Source: an uncultured Myxococcales bacterium (GTDB taxonomy: Bacteria > Desulfobacterota > Binatia > UBA1149 > CAITLU01). From it: a stretch of DNA of 64,000 nt. The position numbers and the translations under genes are program-made. Shown here in pieces: positions 34,292 to 43,146 of the stretch. A model generated the notes under the pieces. That model had not been told where the DNA came from. It ran no database searches and saw only the letters and a program-made list of their open reading frames with translations. How positions within the stretch are numbered: position 1 is the first letter of the stretch; each line of letters starts with the position of its first letter. The stretch covers positions 16,529 to 80,528 of the forward strand of contig CAYYZO010000006.1 in the NCBI GenBank assembly GCA_964476185.1. The letters are read 5' to 3'.

Positions 34292-35722
34292 TCAAGAGGT
34301 CTCGTAGCCGAGGACCCGGATGTAGTCGGCACGGATCGCCTCGATCCGGTCGTCGAGGTCGTCGTGGCTCCAGTCGGTCGTCGGGACGGGCGGCAGCACC
34401 GTCACCTCGACCGTCGCCGGACGGATCACGATCGCATGCTTCGGGAGCGCATCGATCGAGTTGTGGATCACGATCGGGACGATGGGCACGCCGCCCGCGA
34501 CGGCCATGTGGAACGCGCCTTTCTTGAAGCGGCCGAGGCGCGGCCCGATGCTGCGCGTTCCTTCCGGAGCGATGGCGATCGACTGGCCCTGGCGCAGCGC
34601 CTCGACGGCCGGTTCCAGCGCCTTCACCGCCTCGGCGTGGTTGAAGCGGTCGATGAAGATCGTGCCGGCCAGCTCGAACAACTGGCCCAGCAACGGGATG
34701 CCGCGGACCTCCTGCTTGCTGATCGCGACGAAGTCGCGCCGCAGCAGCTTGCAGATCAGCAGCGGGTCGATCCCGCTCTGGTGGTTGAACAGGAAGACGG
34801 CCGGCCGCTTCGACCAGAGGTGTTCCTCGCCGGAGACGGTGACGTGCACGCCGGCGAGCGCCGTCCCGAGTTCGCCCCAGGTCGTCGCCGCGAGGTTGAC
34901 CGCCTGGCGGAAGTCGCCGTCGAGGATCGCGGCCGGAAGGCCGAGCAGCAGCGACGGGATCGTGCTTCCGATCGAGAGGGACGTGCGCAGCACGTCGGTC
35001 GCGCTCGGGATGCCGCGGCTCGTGAACGTGCGCACCGGCCAGACGCGCTTGGCCGCGATCGCCTGGAGTCGCCGGCTCGGGTTGATGGGGCGAGGGCGCC
35101 CGACGATCAGGAGCAGGGGCAGGTCCTCGTCGCTGTCGGTGTAGAACCAGCTCTGCGCGAGGTCGATGCCCCGCTCGGCCGAGAAGCGCTGCGCAGCCTC
35201 CGCCTTCCCGGGGCCGTAGCAGGCCGGTTTCACGATCTGTCCGGTGAGCCGGCCGTCCTTCACCTCGAGCTCGGTGCAAAAGATGTGTTCGATGCCGAGC
35301 TCGCGCGCGACGGGCGCGATCTGGGACCGCGTCGCGGACGAGATGACGGCCAGCGTGTGCCCCTTGGCGCGATGCGCGTCCACGAGCGCGCGCGACTCGG
35401 GAAAGATGTCGGCCGCGATGCTGGTGCCGAACAGGCGCTCGCCGATCTCGTCGAACTCGGCCTCGGTCAGTCCCCGCACCATGCCGAGGCTCTCGGACAC
35501 GAAGGCCGAGAAGTTCTTGCGGCCGAGCTGGAACGCCGTGGCAGCCGCGATCATGGCGGCGACGTCTCCCGCCGCGGCCCGGCCGCTGGTGAGCCACTCG
35601 CGCGCGAAGGTCGTGCCGGAGAATCCGGCGATCAACGTGCGGTCGAGGTCGAAGAACGCGCCGACCTGCGGGCCTTCGGGACCCTCGTCGACCTCGCGTG
35701 TGAGAATTCCGCGATGAGGCAT
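34292..35722 (-). CDS. fusion protein: HAD-IB phosphatase domain + lysophospholipid (1-acyl-sn-glycerol-3-phosphate) acyltransferase PlsC/LPLAT domain
   Basis: HAD motif I FFDLDRTLIAG and motif III/IV ...WFYTDSDEDLPLL form the N-terminal domain. The LPLAT domain shows HX4D FLFNHQSGIDPLLI and IAPEGTRS. ATG 35722 (MPHRGILT) is chosen; an alternative ATG lies at 35746. Confidence 0.8.
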   Translation of the reverse strand: MPHRGILTREVDEGPEGPQVGAFFDLDRTLIAGFSGTTFAREWLTSGRAAAGDVAAMIAAATAFQLGRKNFSAFVSESLGMVRGLTEAEFDEIGERLFGTSIAADIFPESRALVDAHRAKGHTLAVISSATRSQIAPVARELGIEHIFCTELEVKDGRLTGQIVKPACYGPGKAEAAQRFSAERGIDLAQSWFYTDSDEDLPLLLIVGRPRPINPSRRLQAIAAKRVWPVRTFTSRGIPSATDVLRTSLSIGSTIPSLLLGLPAAILDGDFRQAVNLAATTWGELGTALAGVHVTVSGEEHLWSKRPAVFLFNHQSGIDPLLICKLLRRDFVAISKQEVRGIPLLGQLFELAGTIFIDRFNHAEAVKALEPAVEALRQGQSIAIAPEGTRSIGPRLGRFKKGAFHMAVAGGVPIVPIVIHNSIDALPKHAIVIRPATVEVTVLPPVPTTDWSHDDLDDRIEAIRADYIRVLGYETS

Positions 35723-35801
35723 TTCGTTTCCGGGGCCGCGGACCATAGCACAGGGTCGCCCGCGTTGCGTTGTCCCCATCGGCTGCTTTACAAGGCCCTT
35801 C

Positions 35802-38291
35802 GTGACAGCGCGACTCGCAGGATCCGGCCCGGCCGGCGAGGCCGGGGCACCGCCGGCCGGCGTCGCGCCGGAGCCGTCCGTCGAGGCGGCGTGGCCCGCC
35901 GGCGCCGGCCACGTGATCTTCCTGCTGGATGCGTCGAGCGCGCTCGAACGCCGAATGCTCGAGGATTGGATCCGCGGGTCGCGTCCTGCGTCCGTGCCCG
36001 AGAACGCGGTGGAGTCCGTCGCGATCCCGCCATCGAGGCGCCGTCGCCGGAAGTCCCCCGGCCTCGCGCGCCTCGAGACGGCGATCGCGGCCGGCGGCAA
36101 TCCCCTCATGGCGCCGCTTCGCGTCGCCTGGCTGCCCGCCAACGCCGACGGCTCGCCGCGACTCAGTCCCCTCGACATCGTGACGATGACCGACCCGCGC
36201 GACCCGGGGCCGCTGCGGCAGCGCTGGATCGCGAGCCGTCACCCGGAGCGGGTGCGGGTCGTCGCGGGCGAGCCGGCGCCGCTCGCCGAGCTTCGCCGCA
36301 CCTGGCGCGAGAGCGGGGGCCAGTTCGAGAGCGAGACCACCGGCCTGGCGGAGTTCATCGCGCGACGCGCGACGCTCGCGCTCGAGCGCTCGGAGCGTCG
36401 CCTTCGCGGAGCGCGCTACAAGGTGCCGCGGCTGGTCACCGAGGACATCCTGGCGCGGCCCGCGTTTCGCGGAGGCATCGCGCGGCTCGCGCGTGAGGTG
36501 GGCAAGGGCGAGGCGGCGGTCGCGGCCGAGGCCGCGGGCTACCTCGACGAGATCGCCGCGACGCACGACCCGTTCGTGATCGACGTCGTGGCCTGGTTGA
36601 TCGGCGTCCTGTACCGCCGCGGCTATGGGGAGAACATCCACTACGACCGCGGGCGGCTCGAGCGGATCTATGCAACGGCGCAGCGCCACCCTGTCGTGTT
36701 CCTGCCGACGCACAAGTCGAACCTCGATCACCTCGTGCTGACCTACGTCCTGCACGAGAACGGCCACCCGCCGAACCACACGGCCGGCGGCATCAACATG
36801 AACTTCTTCCCCGTCGGTCCGCTGATGCGGCGCGCCGGGGTGTTCTTCATCCGCCGCACGTTCAAGGACAACGAAACCTACAAGTTCGTGCTGCATCACT
36901 ACGTGGACTACCTGGTCGAGAAGAGGTTCACGCTCGAGTGGTATCTCGAAGGCGGGCGCTCGCGCTCCGGCAAGCTGCTCCCGCCGCGCTTCGGCATGCT
37001 CGCGTACGTCGTCGACGCGTGGCAGCGGGGCAAGAGCGAGGACGTCGTGCTCCTGCCGGTCTCCATCGCCTACGACCAGATCCAGGACGTCGGCGAGTAC
37101 GTCGCCGAGGAGCGCGGGGGCGGCAAGGAGAAGGAGAACTTCGGCTGGTTCCTGAAGGTCGTGCGGCGGCTCCGCCGGCGCTACGGCGACATCCACGTCC
37201 GCTTCGGCGAGCCGCTCTCCCTGCGGGAGTTCTACGGCGAGGCCGCGGCCGGCCCGGGAGCGCCGGGAGTCCCGGACGAGAACCATCTGGCGCTGCAGAA
37301 GCTCGCGTTCGAGCTCAGCGTCCGCATCAATCGCGCGACGCCGATCACGCCGACCTCGCTCGTGACGCTCGCGCTGCTCGGGGTCGGCGACCGCGCGCTG
37401 TCGGTCGAGGAGACCGCCGCGGCGCTGACCAACCTCGTCGCCTACGTCGAGGCCCGCCGGCTCCCGGTCACCGAGGACTTCGACCTGCGCCGGCCGGAGG
37501 AGGTGCAGCGCGTGCTGGATCACCTCGTCGAGAACGGCGTCGTCTCGGCGTTCACGGAGGGCCCCGAGGCCGTCTACGCGATCCGGCCGGAGCAGTTCCT
37601 GACGGCCGCGTACTATCGCAACACGGTGATCCACTTCTTCGTGACGGGATCGATCGCGGAGGTCGCTCTGGTCGCGGCCATGGAGGCGACGACGGGGGAC
37701 CGCCTCGAGATCTTCTGGACGAAGGCTCTCGCGCTGCGCGACCTCATGAAGTTCGAGTTCTTCTTCGCCGACCGTGCGGACTTCCACGAGGAGATGCGCG
37801 CGGAGATGTCGCTGCACGATCCCGGCTGGGAGGAGAAGCTGCGGACCGGGGGGAAGGAGATCGAGGCGCTGCTGCTCGCGGTCAAGCCGTTCAATTCGCA
37901 CCGGGTCCTGCGCCCGTTCCTGGAAGCCTATCGCGTGGTGGCGGACCAGCTCGCCCTCCTTCCGCCCGACACGAGGATCGACGAAGCACGATTCGTGTCG
38001 CAGTGCCTCGCGCTCGGCCGCCAGTACCTGCTGCAGAAGCGGGTCACGCGCGCGGAGTCGATCTCCAAAGTGCTGTTCCAGAACACGCTCCGGCTGGCGG
38101 CCAACCGCAACCTGCTGGATGGCGCCCCCGGCGAGGAACTCGCGGCTCGCCGCCTCGCGTTCTCGCGGGAGATCCAGCGCGCGATCCGCCGGGTGGACGC
38201 GATCGACGTACTCGCGGCAAGCCGGCGCACCGGGCTGCTCGGCCGCGGCGACTCGGACGACGCGCCGGGCGCGAGGAGGGCAGGGCGATGA
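35802..38291 (+). CDS. plsB: glycerol-3-phosphate 1-O-acyltransferase (PlsB-type GPAT)
   Basis: HX4D block VVFLPTHKSNLDHLVL, GVFFIRRTF and WYLEGGRSRSGKLLPPRFG match the PlsB catalytic motifs. The product is 829 aa. GTG start at 35802. Confidence 0.85.
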   Translation: MTARLAGSGPAGEAGAPPAGVAPEPSVEAAWPAGAGHVIFLLDASSALERRMLEDWIRGSRPASVPENAVESVAIPPSRRRRRKSPGLARLETAIAAGGNPLMAPLRVAWLPANADGSPRLSPLDIVTMTDPRDPGPLRQRWIASRHPERVRVVAGEPAPLAELRRTWRESGGQFESETTGLAEFIARRATLALERSERRLRGARYKVPRLVTEDILARPAFRGGIARLAREVGKGEAAVAAEAAGYLDEIAATHDPFVIDVVAWLIGVLYRRGYGENIHYDRGRLERIYATAQRHPVVFLPTHKSNLDHLVLTYVLHENGHPPNHTAGGINMNFFPVGPLMRRAGVFFIRRTFKDNETYKFVLHHYVDYLVEKRFTLEWYLEGGRSRSGKLLPPRFGMLAYVVDAWQRGKSEDVVLLPVSIAYDQIQDVGEYVAEERGGGKEKENFGWFLKVVRRLRRRYGDIHVRFGEPLSLREFYGEAAAGPGAPGVPDENHLALQKLAFELSVRINRATPITPTSLVTLALLGVGDRALSVEETAAALTNLVAYVEARRLPVTEDFDLRRPEEVQRVLDHLVENGVVSAFTEGPEAVYAIRPEQFLTAAYYRNTVIHFFVTGSIAEVALVAAMEATTGDRLEIFWTKALALRDLMKFEFFFADRADFHEEMRAEMSLHDPGWEEKLRTGGKEIEALLLAVKPFNSHRVLRPFLEAYRVVADQLALLPPDTRIDEARFVSQCLALGRQYLLQKRVTRAESISKVLFQNTLRLAANRNLLDGAPGEELAARRLAFSREIQRAIRRVDAIDVLAASRRTGLLGRGDSDDAPGARRAGR

Positions 38292-39724
38292 ACGGGTTCG
38301 CCTACGAGCCGCTGTCGGCCGCCGACAACGCGTTCCTCGAGCTCGAGGACAGCGGCGCCCACATGCACATCGGCGCGACGTCGATCTTCGAGGCGTCTTC
38401 GCTCGCGCGCGAGGACGGCGGGCTCGACATCGACCGCATCCGCGCCTACGTCGAATCGCGCCTGCACCTCATTCCGCGCTACCGGCAGCGTCTCGCCTAC
38501 GTGCCGCTCGGGCGCCTGCCGGTCTGGGTCGACGACGAGCACTTCAACCTCGAGTACCACGTCCGGCACACGAGCCTGCCGAGGCCGGGGTCGATGGACC
38601 AGCTGAAGGCGCTTGCAGCCCGCGTTCAGTCGCAGCGGATCGACCGCCTGAAGCCGCTCTGGGAGTTCTGGGTGGTGGAGGGGCTCGAGGGCGGACGTCG
38701 CTTCGCGGTTCTCCAGAAGGTCCACCACTGCATGATCGACGGGATCTCCGGCGTGGATCTCCTGGCCGTGCTGCTGAGCCCGATGGCGTCGACGACATTC
38801 GAGCACGGTCCGCAGTTCATCCCGCGGCCGGCGCCGGCTGCGCCGGCGCTCGCCGTCTCGGAGGCGTGGCGCAGCGTGCGGGAACCGCTCGGCGCGCTGG
38901 TTTCGGTCGGCTCGCGCCTGCGGGACCCGGCGTCACTCGCGCGCGACGTGCTCGATGGCGTCGAAGGAATCGCCGAGGCCCTGACGTCCAGCGCTCGGCC
39001 GGCGTCGTGGACGCCGTGGAACCAGCCGATCGGTCCTCACCGTCGCTTCGAATGGTTGCGGCTCGATCTCGCCTCGATCAAGGCCGTGAAGGACCGGCTC
39101 GGCGGGACGGTGAACGACGTCGTGCTGGCGACGGTTGCCGGCGCGGTGCGACGCTTCCTGCTCCAGCGCGGCGAGGATCCCGACGAACTGCGCATTCGCG
39201 CGAACGTCCCGGTCAGCGTGCGCGCGGCCGACGAGCGTGGCAACCTCGGCAACCGCATCGCGCTGTGGATGACGGACCTGCCCGTCGACGAAGCCGATCC
39301 CGTCGCGCGCCTGGAACGGGTGCGGATCACCACGCATCGGCTGAAGGAATCGAAGCAGGCCCTCGGCGCGCAGGTCCTCGCGAGCGTGAGCGACATGACC
39401 ACGTGGCGGCTGCTCGCGACGGCGATCCGCCTGTCGATGAGCTCGCGCCCGTACAACCTCGTGGTGACGAACGTCCCGGGACCGCAGCTCGAACTCTATC
39501 TGCTCGACGCGCCGCTGCGCGAGATCTATCCGATGGTGAACCTGCTCCAGGGGCAGGGGCTCGGCGTCGCGCTGTTCAGCTACGCCGGCGTCCTGCACTG
39601 GGGCGTCCTCGCCGACTGGGACCTCGTCCCCGACCTCGACCTGTTCGTCGCCGACCTGGCGCGGTCCTTCGAGGAACTCCGCGCCGCTGCCGGCGTCGGC
39701 AGGGCTCAGGCCGCTTCGCTGTAG
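38288..39724 (+). CDS. wax ester synthase/acyl-CoA:diacylglycerol acyltransferase (WS/DGAT)
   Basis: Active-site HHCMIDGISG is present. N-terminal MNGFAYEPLSAADNAFLELEDSGAHMHIGA; C-terminal ...NLVVTNVPGPQ. The ATG overlaps the plsB stop as ATGA. Confidence 0.85.
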   Translation: MNGFAYEPLSAADNAFLELEDSGAHMHIGATSIFEASSLAREDGGLDIDRIRAYVESRLHLIPRYRQRLAYVPLGRLPVWVDDEHFNLEYHVRHTSLPRPGSMDQLKALAARVQSQRIDRLKPLWEFWVVEGLEGGRRFAVLQKVHHCMIDGISGVDLLAVLLSPMASTTFEHGPQFIPRPAPAAPALAVSEAWRSVREPLGALVSVGSRLRDPASLARDVLDGVEGIAEALTSSARPASWTPWNQPIGPHRRFEWLRLDLASIKAVKDRLGGTVNDVVLATVAGAVRRFLLQRGEDPDELRIRANVPVSVRAADERGNLGNRIALWMTDLPVDEADPVARLERVRITTHRLKESKQALGAQVLASVSDMTTWRLLATAIRLSMSSRPYNLVVTNVPGPQLELYLLDAPLREIYPMVNLLQGQGLGVALFSYAGVLHWGVLADWDLVPDLDLFVADLARSFEELRAAAGVGRAQAASL

Positions 39725-40656
39725 AACTGCCGGCACCAGTTGCGGAAGATCCCGATCGGGCCGTCCCCGTCGCAGAGCACGGGCCGGTCGAGGAACGCCT
39801 TGTTCTCCCAGATCGGGATGTCCTCGCGCATCTGCTTCTCGATGTCCATGACGAGCGCCTTGCCGACGCCGCGCGTGGTGCGCTCGTCGCCGAGGCTCTT
39901 GACCATGAACGAGAAGCGCACGTCGACGTACTCGCCGTCGATCGGCGTCACCGACGTGACCAGGCACGTCTCGACGATGCCGCGGAACAGCACCTGGCCG
40001 AAGCCGAAGCCCCAGGACTTCGACTCGATGCTGCCGTCCACTTCGCCCATCGGCGTGCCCATCTTCATCTGCGACAGGACGTGCAGCAGCGGGCCGTCGG
40101 TCGTCGCCTGGCTCTGGGGAACGGTCAGGGTGCCGTGCACGTAGCGGAAGTGGGCCTGGTCGACCGAGTTCTCGGCCATGTCCTGGTTGTGCGTGCGGAT
40201 CTTCCAGCGCCGCTTCACGTACGGCGTCCAGTCCTGGAGGCCGTGCTGTTCGACGACCGGCACTTCCCAGTCCGGCGCGCTCCCGCCGGCATGGTGCCAG
40301 AGCATCACGAGGCCGTTGCGCTCCGTCACCGGGTGCCCGGCGAGTCTGGCCGAAGGCGGGATGCGCTTGCCGTAGGGGATCTCGTCGCACTTGCCGCTGC
40401 AGTCGTAGCGCCAGCCGTGGAAGGGGCAACGGATCGCGTTGCCCTCGACCTTGCCGCCGTAGCCGAGGTGCGCGCCGAGGTGCGGGCAGTGCGCGTCGAA
40501 GACGCGAGCCGTTCCGTCCTCGCCGCGGTACAGGACGTAGTCGCGTCCGAAGTAGTGCAGCGGCTCGACCTGGCCGGCCTCGAGCTCGTCGCTGTACGCG
40601 ACCTGGAACCAGCCGTTCGGGAAGGGCGTCATCGGGTAGCGCTGGGCAGTGGTCAT
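39706..40656 (-). CDS. Rieske [2Fe-2S] non-heme iron oxygenase (KshA/Neverland/VanA-like class)
   Basis: Rieske ligands CPHLGAHL...CPFHGW at the N-terminus, with a C-terminal catalytic domain (...NSVDQAHFRYVHG...). The 3' end overlaps the WS/DGAT 3' end convergently by 19 nt. Confidence 0.75.
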   Translation of the reverse strand: MTTAQRYPMTPFPNGWFQVAYSDELEAGQVEPLHYFGRDYVLYRGEDGTARVFDAHCPHLGAHLGYGGKVEGNAIRCPFHGWRYDCSGKCDEIPYGKRIPPSARLAGHPVTERNGLVMLWHHAGGSAPDWEVPVVEQHGLQDWTPYVKRRWKIRTHNQDMAENSVDQAHFRYVHGTLTVPQSQATTDGPLLHVLSQMKMGTPMGEVDGSIESKSWGFGFGQVLFRGIVETCLVTSVTPIDGEYVDVRFSFMVKSLGDERTTRGVGKALVMDIEKQMREDIPIWENKAFLDRPVLCDGDGPIGIFRNWCRQFYSEAA

Positions 40657-41291
40657 CGTCGGTCGTCTCCGTTCGTGGCGGCGTGTCCGCTGTTGGAGGT
40701 GGCGCGCGTGAGCAGCGCGGTCGCGGTGCTCATGCGCTCGATCACTTCGTTCTGTCCCATCAAGCCGCCTGCCCAGCCGATCAGGCAGGAGAACCAGATG
40801 TGCTGCAGCAGGGCGGCGACCGCGATCTCGTCCTCGCGCACCGGCGTGCCGGGGGCGTCGCCGTTCCCCGATGCCGGCGCGGCGACCGGCCCACCGTGCA
40901 TCGCGGCGAGGATCATCGCGCTCATTCGCGTGTGGAACGCGGCCACCTTCTCGGCCAGTTCGTGGTCACCGGACGCGGCGGCGCGAAGGATCGCGCGGGC
41001 GAGGCGCGGGCGGCGCATCAGGCCCTTGGTCGCGGTGCGAAAGAACGCGTCGACCCGGTCCAGGGGCGTGGCGCCGGCCATCGGGCGCGCGTGGATGCGG
41101 GCCTCGAGCGCCTCGACCTCCGAATTCAGCGCGGCGATCAGCATGTCCTCCTTGCTGCGGAAGTAGCGGTAGAGGGTGCCCAGCGCGACGTCGGCCTCGG
41201 CGGCCACGTCGCGCAGGCGAACGGCCTCGAAACCGCCCTTCTCGGCAAGATCGATGGCGGTGTCGACAATGCGGCGCGCGCGCGGGTTCAC
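40653..41291 (-). CDS. TetR-family transcriptional regulator
   Basis: ARRIVDTAIDLAEKGGFEAVRLRDVAAEADVALGTLYRYFRSKEDMLIAA is the TetR HTH. GTG 41291 (VNPRARRIV). The stop overlaps the Rieske ATG as ATGA. Confidence 0.75.
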   Translation of the reverse strand: MNPRARRIVDTAIDLAEKGGFEAVRLRDVAAEADVALGTLYRYFRSKEDMLIAALNSEVEALEARIHARPMAGATPLDRVDAFFRTATKGLMRRPRLARAILRAAASGDHELAEKVAAFHTRMSAMILAAMHGGPVAAPASGNGDAPGTPVREDEIAVAALLQHIWFSCLIGWAGGLMGQNEVIERMSTATALLTRATSNSGHAATNGDDRR

Positions 41292-41301
41292 GGGCAAATT
41301 A

Positions 41302-41311
41302 GAACAGGTTC
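41302..41311. promoter_or_regulatory. GAACAGGTTC short palindrome (AACnnGTT core) immediately upstream of the tetR start, in divergent region with the thioesterase gene
   Basis: It sits in a locally AT-richer stretch CAAATTAGAACAGGTTCCACC. The core is the same as at 17711. Candidate operator. Confidence 0.25.
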
Positions 41312-41457
41312 CACCAGCCCAAGCCAGCCCTCCGGCCGGGCGCGGCGCGGCCGGACCGCCCGGCGGTTCGCAACCGGCGGGGTTGACTGGCGCGCCGCCC
41401 GGATCGAGAAGCGCCGGGGGTGCGGGTTTGGGCAACGATCGCAAGACCAGTGCCGGA

Positions 41458-41895
41458 ATGGGCTGCTTCGGCTGCAGCGCCGAGAATCAGCGGGGGCTCG
41501 GGCTCGTGTTCGAGCGCCGGGACGGCCTCGTCGAGGCGCGGGCGACCCTCGGCGAGTCGTTCGCCGGCTACGACGGGCTGGTCCACGGCGGGATCGTCTC
41601 GACGCTGCTCGACGAGGCCATGGGCTGGGCGATCCTCGAACTGGCCGGGCGGTTCGCCGTCACGCGTTCGCTCGCCGTCGACTTTCGCCGTCCGGTCTTC
41701 GTCGACCGTCCGCTGCGCGTGCACGCGCGCATCGCCGGCGAGGAGCCGGACGGCGCCCTGCGCGTCGAGGCGGGCGTCGTCGACGCTCGCGACCGACTGC
41801 TCGCGAGCGCGGTGGGAATCTGGGTGCCGGTGCGCGACAGTCGCGTGCGCGGCGCCCGCGCGAAGCCGCTGTCCGCGGACCGGCCGGAGGGGTAG
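41458..41895 (+). CDS. PaaI/YbgC-like hotdog-fold acyl-CoA thioesterase
   Basis: MGCFGCSAENQRGLGLVFERRDGLVEARATLGESFAGYDGLVHGGIVSTLLDEAMGWAI has the HGG motif. Confidence 0.7.
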   Translation: MGCFGCSAENQRGLGLVFERRDGLVEARATLGESFAGYDGLVHGGIVSTLLDEAMGWAILELAGRFAVTRSLAVDFRRPVFVDRPLRVHARIAGEEPDGALRVEAGVVDARDRLLASAVGIWVPVRDSRVRGARAKPLSADRPEG

Positions 41896-41897
41896 CC

Positions 41898-42983
41898 GTG
41901 ACGAAGAAATCCCAGGCTGCTGTCCACGTGTTTCTCGGCGAGGCGAGCGTCGTCGATCCGCTCGTGCACGGGGTCATCGACGAACGGATGGGCCGCGAGT
42001 CGCAGTCGCTCGACCTCGAGACGTTCCGCTTCGGCGAGCGGCCCCTGTCGGAGATGGAAGGTGCGCTCCGTCAGGTCGGCATGTTCAGTCGCGATCGCTG
42101 CGTCTGGCTGCGCAGTTTCGTCGAGCCGAAGCGCAAGCCGCCTCCCGAGGACGGCGAGACGGACGAACCCGACGAAGAGGAAGAGGAGCAGAACGATGTC
42201 GTCGTTCTGCTGGCGCTGCTCGAGGCCGGGATCCCACAGGGCACGACGCTGATCGTGTCGGCGCCGACGCTCGACGCGCGAGGCAAGCTCTGGAAGTGGC
42301 TGGCGAAGAACGCTGCGATCGTGGACTGCCGGCTGCAGGAGCAGAAAGGAAAGCCGAACGAGGACGGGATGCGCGTGGCGATCCGCTCGCGTCTTGCGGA
42401 GCTCGGCGTTGCGAACGTGGGCGCCGGCGTGGTCGACGAGATCCTGAAGCGCAGCGGCGTTGTGCTCGGCGAGACGCTGCAGGAGATCGACCGTCTCGTG
42501 CTCGCCCAGGACGATCCGACGCGGCTCGACGTGGCCGCCGTCCGTTCGGGGATGCGCGACCTCGCCCTGGGCTGGGTGTTCGACTTCACGACCGCGATCG
42601 AGAAGCGGGACCTGGCCACGGCCGAGCGGCTGGTGGCCAGGCTGCTGGCGGACGGCGAGGCGCCGCTTCGACTGACCGCGCTGCTGGCGACCCTGTTCGG
42701 GGAACTCGTCGCGGCCCGGGCTCTCGTCGAACGCCTGCCGGCCGCGGCCCTGGGGATGAAGGGACACGAATTCCTGAAGGGGCCGGGGGCGTCGCTTCCC
42801 CCTCCGTTCAACCAATGGAAGGGATACTTTCGTATCGACGCCGCCAAGGGCTTCGCGCCGGGGGAACTCGAGCGCCTGCATGGAGAGGTGCTTCAGCTCG
42901 ACCTCGCGCTCAAGAGCTCGCCGACCTCGCCGCTGCTGCTGTTCTCCCGCCTCCTGCAGAGCGCCTGCCTTCCCGCCGGTTGA
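41898..42983 (+). CDS. holA: DNA polymerase III delta subunit
   Basis: The product is 362 aa. N-terminal AAVHVFLGEASVVDPLVHGVID matches the delta N-terminus, a middle acidic insert follows, and a C-terminal helical domain ends LLLFSRLLQSA. GGAGGGG RBS; GTG 41898 abuts the thioesterase stop. Confidence 0.55.
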   Translation: MTKKSQAAVHVFLGEASVVDPLVHGVIDERMGRESQSLDLETFRFGERPLSEMEGALRQVGMFSRDRCVWLRSFVEPKRKPPPEDGETDEPDEEEEEQNDVVVLLALLEAGIPQGTTLIVSAPTLDARGKLWKWLAKNAAIVDCRLQEQKGKPNEDGMRVAIRSRLAELGVANVGAGVVDEILKRSGVVLGETLQEIDRLVLAQDDPTRLDVAAVRSGMRDLALGWVFDFTTAIEKRDLATAERLVARLLADGEAPLRLTALLATLFGELVAARALVERLPAAALGMKGHEFLKGPGASLPPPFNQWKGYFRIDAAKGFAPGELERLHGEVLQLDLALKSSPTSPLLLFSRLLQSACLPAG

Positions 42984-43146
42984 CCGGCGGCTCGGCGGCC
43001 GACTTTCCCCGCGGGTCCGTTGAACGCCGCCCCCCGTGTTGGTAGCCTCGGAGCTTGGCGCCCGATGCCGGGGACGACGCTGGCGTCGTTCGAAGCCGGG
43101 TCGCCGTGGACGCGCGAACCGCGCGCGTGCGGTGGAGGTGAGGCGG

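Noticed and set aside
34194-37901. 1235-aa minus-strand ORF and similar giant Arg/Pro/Gly-rich ORFs (1649-2986, 2989-4548, 9159-11105 N-terminal part, 18441-20567, 20973-22796, 56152-58506 N-terminal part, 58407-60365, 59846-62281).
   Set aside because: They run antisense or out of frame to genes with clear homology. They have extreme Arg/Pro/Ala composition typical of stop-codon-poor alternative frames in 70% GC DNA, and no recognisable motifs. They are GC artefacts, not genes.
43036-43146. Longer N-terminus (MLVASELGARCRGRRWRRS...) for the ExeA-like gene.
   Set aside because: ExeA homologs start at the conserved M-x-x-x-LGL-x-x-PF segment, and the strong RBS sits right before ATG 43147. 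The upstream 37 codons are basic low-complexity noise.
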